A stretch of DNA of 60,019 nt, the filler included. It is 4 parts of 4 records of this genome, joined end to end, with 100 filler letters (N's around TTAATTAATTAA, not from the genome) between each part and the next. Parts side by side here need not be neighbours in the genome. Positions count along the whole stretch, not along the records: positions 54,481 to 60,019 come from SRR22947727_1577; 3 more parts are not named here. One strand, given 5' to 3'. The notes below the pieces were generated by a model. The model did no database searches, was not told where the DNA came from, and saw only the letters and a program-made list of their open reading frames with translations. Position numbers and translations under genes: made by a program. Of this stretch, positions 57,575-60,019 are shown piece by piece (positions within the stretch are counted from its first letter, which is position 1; the number at the start of each line of letters is the position of its first letter).

Positions 57575-59470
57575 CTAAACAGCTTCTCCCCAGTTCGGAC
57601 CCACTTCAACATCACATTTGCTAGGGATTTCTAATGGTACTGCATTTATCATTATTTTTGCAATACTCTCGGCCTCTTCTTTTGTTTTTACAGACATACA
57701 AAGCTCGTCATGCACTTGCAGCATTGGAAGATACCCTTCCTTGTACAGATCAACCATTGCTTTCTTGGTCATGTCCGCGGCAGACGCTTGGATTAGCCTG
57801 TTCAAAGCTTTGTAGGTAAACGCCCGTTTGAGGCGGCAGGTGTCTCCATACTCCAGAACAGCCTCTTGGTACGGCAGCGCCTTGGTCATCTCGAACGAAT
57901 CGGGCTCCCAGAGGTTAAAACGACATTTGCGGCCAAGGATAGAGCTTATCGCCCCGCCACTGGCTTTGCTGTTCAGGCGTTCTGTAACCCCGTTCATCAA
58001 CGCTTTTACGAAAGGCACACGGTCATGGTACTGTTTCACCAAAACTTTGGCCTCGCTGGCCTCAATATCCAGCTGATCGGCTAATTTAGCGACCCCCATG
58101 CCGTACATCATGCCCAGATTGATGGTTTTCGCTTGTTTACGAGGGATGTCGGCCATTTCAGCGACCATTGTGTGAAAATCCATGTTCGGATCGTTTTTGT
58201 AACTCTCAACAAACTCTTCGACCCCGCGGAGCGCGATACCCCGGCTTTTACCGTAGACATGAGCGTAATGAACCAAGATGCGCGGTTCTTGCTGCGAGTA
58301 ATCTATTGACGCCCACTGTTCGCCCTCTTCTGGCAGGAACAATGACCGGATAAGGGGCCCGATCTCAGGATCGCGGGCCGGGATTTGTTGTAAGTTGGGG
58401 TTATTCATCGAAAAGCGGCCAGAGACAGTACCCCCATCGTCTCCTCTGATCTGATTGATGTGCGAGTGCACTCGACCATCGCTGTGGCAAAATTTTAGGA
58501 TGTTATTTATAAAAGTTCCGCTGGTTTTGTTAAGATTTCGGGCTTGAACGATTAATTGAGGTAATTTTTCCGGATGTTCGGCCAAAAACTGTTTTTTAAA
58601 CGATGGAGCGCCCTTTTCTGTCTTTGGATATGGTATTGATAACTTATCAAAGGCTTTCGCCACAGAGTTTGCCGCCCATATTTCCACATCATTACCAACA
58701 AGGCTCCTTATTTCTTTTAAAACTGTCTTTTCGCGCTTGAGGATCGCGTCGCGTGTTCTTTCGGTCTTGTCCATGTCAACACGAACACCTCTCCATGTCA
58801 TATTGACCAAGCAGGGGAGCAAATCCAATTCTAGATTGACAATATTCCAAAGATTTTGCTTTCCGACCTCAACTCTTAGATAATCCCATAGCTGTAGGGT
58901 CACTTCGGCGTCCGTTTGGGCATATGGTCCGACGTACATGGCGGGCATTTTCCACATATCGGCCTTTGGATCGAAGCCGAACTCTTTTGCGGCCTCTCTG
59001 AGCAGGCTCTCGTTCTTTGCGAGGCCCAGATATTCGAAAGCTAGTGAGTTTAGTGCATAAGAAAACTTATTTTCGTCCAAAAGGGACGCGACAACCATCG
59101 TGTCGATGATCCGACCGTTAATTTCAAAGCCCATGCGCTTAATCCAGCCCACGTCATACTGGGCGTTGTGCATAACTTTGTCTGCGGGGCACTCAAAAAC
59201 CTTTTTCAGCCACTTGTTGACGATTTTCTCGTCCAAATTACCGCCGCCGCGGTGTCTTGTAGGGATATATCCCGCCCAGTCGGCTGTTGCGACGGCATAT
59301 CCGACCACTTCACCGTCGCCCACAGCCCAACCGGGACCGTTTTTCTTGATATTTGGGTCTCGGGTCTCAACATCGATAGCAATTGTCTTTGCATCGGTAA
59401 GATCGGGCAGTTCTGCGGGTGGAACCCACTCTGAATTCAGGGATGGCGTAGCCATTTTCAAATTTGCCAC
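57575..59470 (-). CDS. Phage family A DNA polymerase with 3'-5' exonuclease
   Basis: ExoI DVET, ExoII HNAQYD, ExoIII YAQTD; GTVSGRFS..NPNLQQIP; motif A DYSQQEPR; motif B RKQAKTINLGMMYG; motif C QVHDEL. Confidence 0.96.
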   Translation of the reverse strand: MANLKMATPSLNSEWVPPAELPDLTDAKTIAIDVETRDPNIKKNGPGWAVGDGEVVGYAVATADWAGYIPTRHRGGGNLDEKIVNKWLKKVFECPADKVMHNAQYDVGWIKRMGFEINGRIIDTMVVASLLDENKFSYALNSLAFEYLGLAKNESLLREAAKEFGFDPKADMWKMPAMYVGPYAQTDAEVTLQLWDYLRVEVGKQNLWNIVNLELDLLPCLVNMTWRGVRVDMDKTERTRDAILKREKTVLKEIRSLVGNDVEIWAANSVAKAFDKLSIPYPKTEKGAPSFKKQFLAEHPEKLPQLIVQARNLNKTSGTFINNILKFCHSDGRVHSHINQIRGDDGGTVSGRFSMNNPNLQQIPARDPEIGPLIRSLFLPEEGEQWASIDYSQQEPRILVHYAHVYGKSRGIALRGVEEFVESYKNDPNMDFHTMVAEMADIPRKQAKTINLGMMYGMGVAKLADQLDIEASEAKVLVKQYHDRVPFVKALMNGVTERLNSKASGGAISSILGRKCRFNLWEPDSFEMTKALPYQEAVLEYGDTCRLKRAFTYKALNRLIQASAADMTKKAMVDLYKEGYLPMLQVHDELCMSVKTKEEAESIAKIMINAVPLEIPSKCDVEVGPNWGEAV

Positions 59471-59649
59471 TAGTCTCTGTCCTCTGTGAAACTATCTGTC
59501 CTTACCCATCTTGCAACCAAAGTTAGCCCTCCAACATCTTTACTTAAAACTATTCCATCTAAAGGCCCTAACTTTGTAGTATTTTTGAACTTCACCCAAG
59601 GCCAATCCCCTTCATACTGTATTTCTTTTGGTATTAGTGGATTATCCAT
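59470..59649 (-). CDS. Phage hypothetical protein (59 aa), missing from the ORF track
   Basis: MDNPLIPKEIQYEGDWPWVKF...FTEDRD. SD AAGGA; overlaps the upstream stop, and its TAG shares a base with the polymerase GTG. Confidence 0.7.
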   Translation of the reverse strand: MDNPLIPKEIQYEGDWPWVKFKNTTKLGPLDGIVLSKDVGGLTLVARWVRTDSFTEDRD

Positions 59650-59971
59650 TGCTTTTTCCTTCCTTAATAATTTTATCTACGGGGCGGGCATCACGCTCGA
59701 CAAATTCCGCTCCCAGACCTGTATATCCGGCTTTATCCACCCAAGAATCCTCGTGATCTATCGTTTCTATCAGGCGGCTTGTTTTAACCCAATCCATCAT
59801 CAACGCAACGTGGGCCGGGGTTAGATAACCGTGGCTTTTTAATGCCCCGCTCATTATAATATTCCACCCATCCGCAATTCGAGCATGATTGTTGTAGGCA
59901 TCCCCGTAATCTGTGGCGCGTTGACCGTTGATAAGCTCTTTGGCGGCTTCTAATACTTCGTCTCGCTTCAT
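59642..59971 (-). CDS. DUF6378-like phage protein
   Basis: L..A..LING.RA.DYGD...N..RIA..W...VALMM...K.SR......HEDSWVDKAGY pattern. Start MKRDE at 59971. Confidence 0.75.
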   Translation of the reverse strand: MKRDEVLEAAKELINGQRATDYGDAYNNHARIADGWNIIMSGALKSHGYLTPAHVALMMDWVKTSRLIETIDHEDSWVDKAGYTGLGAEFVERDARPVDKIIKEGKSNG

Positions 59972-60019
59972 GATTCTTCTCTCGATCTGTATACTAACGT
60001 GTTGGATTGGCATTTCGGA
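59968..60019 (-). CDS. 3' end of an upstream phage gene (...PKCQSNTLVYRSREES)
   Basis: Open frame from the window edge ending in a TGA that overlaps the next ATG (ATGA). Confidence 0.45.
   Translation of the reverse strand, partial: PKCQSNTLVYRSREES

Larger units (their letters stand above)
54481..60019 (-). mobile_element. Bacteriophage genome fragment (replication and regulatory module)
   Basis: Phage-type PolA lacking the 5'-3' exonuclease, a DUF6378-like gene and a dense series of small co-oriented hypothetical genes; no cellular genes. Confidence 0.9.

Noticed and set aside
58884-58890. Fifth TCCCATA occurrence
   Set aside because: Inside polymerase codons (LWD), opposite orientation to the other four, with no matching -35 element.

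Overview
The window is not one genomic locus. It is four contigs joined by artificial 100-bp spacers (44 N + TTAATTAATTAA + 44 N) at 22619-22718, 33586-33685 and 54381-54480. Contig 1 (1-22618) and contig 3 (33686-54380) have moderate GC and look alphaproteobacterial; a marine SAR116-like origin is an inference. Contig 1 carries an uncharacterised UbiD/PrpD/CoA-transferase/citryl-CoA-lyase catabolic cluster, a cytoplasmic BisC-type molybdoenzyme and an lva-like (phosphotransferase, SDR, ACAD, acyl-CoA synthetase) module. Contig 3 is mostly housekeeping (ETF-QO, UDG, SLT, moaB, rnhB, ccrM, glcB, PMM/PGM, galU, ugd, IOR). Contig 2 (22719-33585) is very AT-rich and gammaproteobacterium-like (SAR86-like by inference), with a tRNA-Ala 3' end, a RimB-RimK fusion, peptide and amino-acid enzymes and a Cys-rich TonB-dependent receptor. 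Contig 4 (54481-60019) is a phage fragment with a Leu762-type family A DNA polymerase, a DUF6378-like gene and many small co-oriented genes. The most striking signal is a compact regulatory circuit in the phage contig. Four sigma70-type promoters all carry TCCCATA in a 17-nt spacer. One drives an unannotated ribbon-helix-helix gene. One drives a predicted ~64-nt sRNA whose 5' hairpin displays an anti-Shine-Dalgarno CUCC loop. That sRNA is complementary to the identical GGAGAAUGU ribosome-binding sites of the first genes behind the other two promoters. All calls were made by eye from sequence and motifs; no searches were run.
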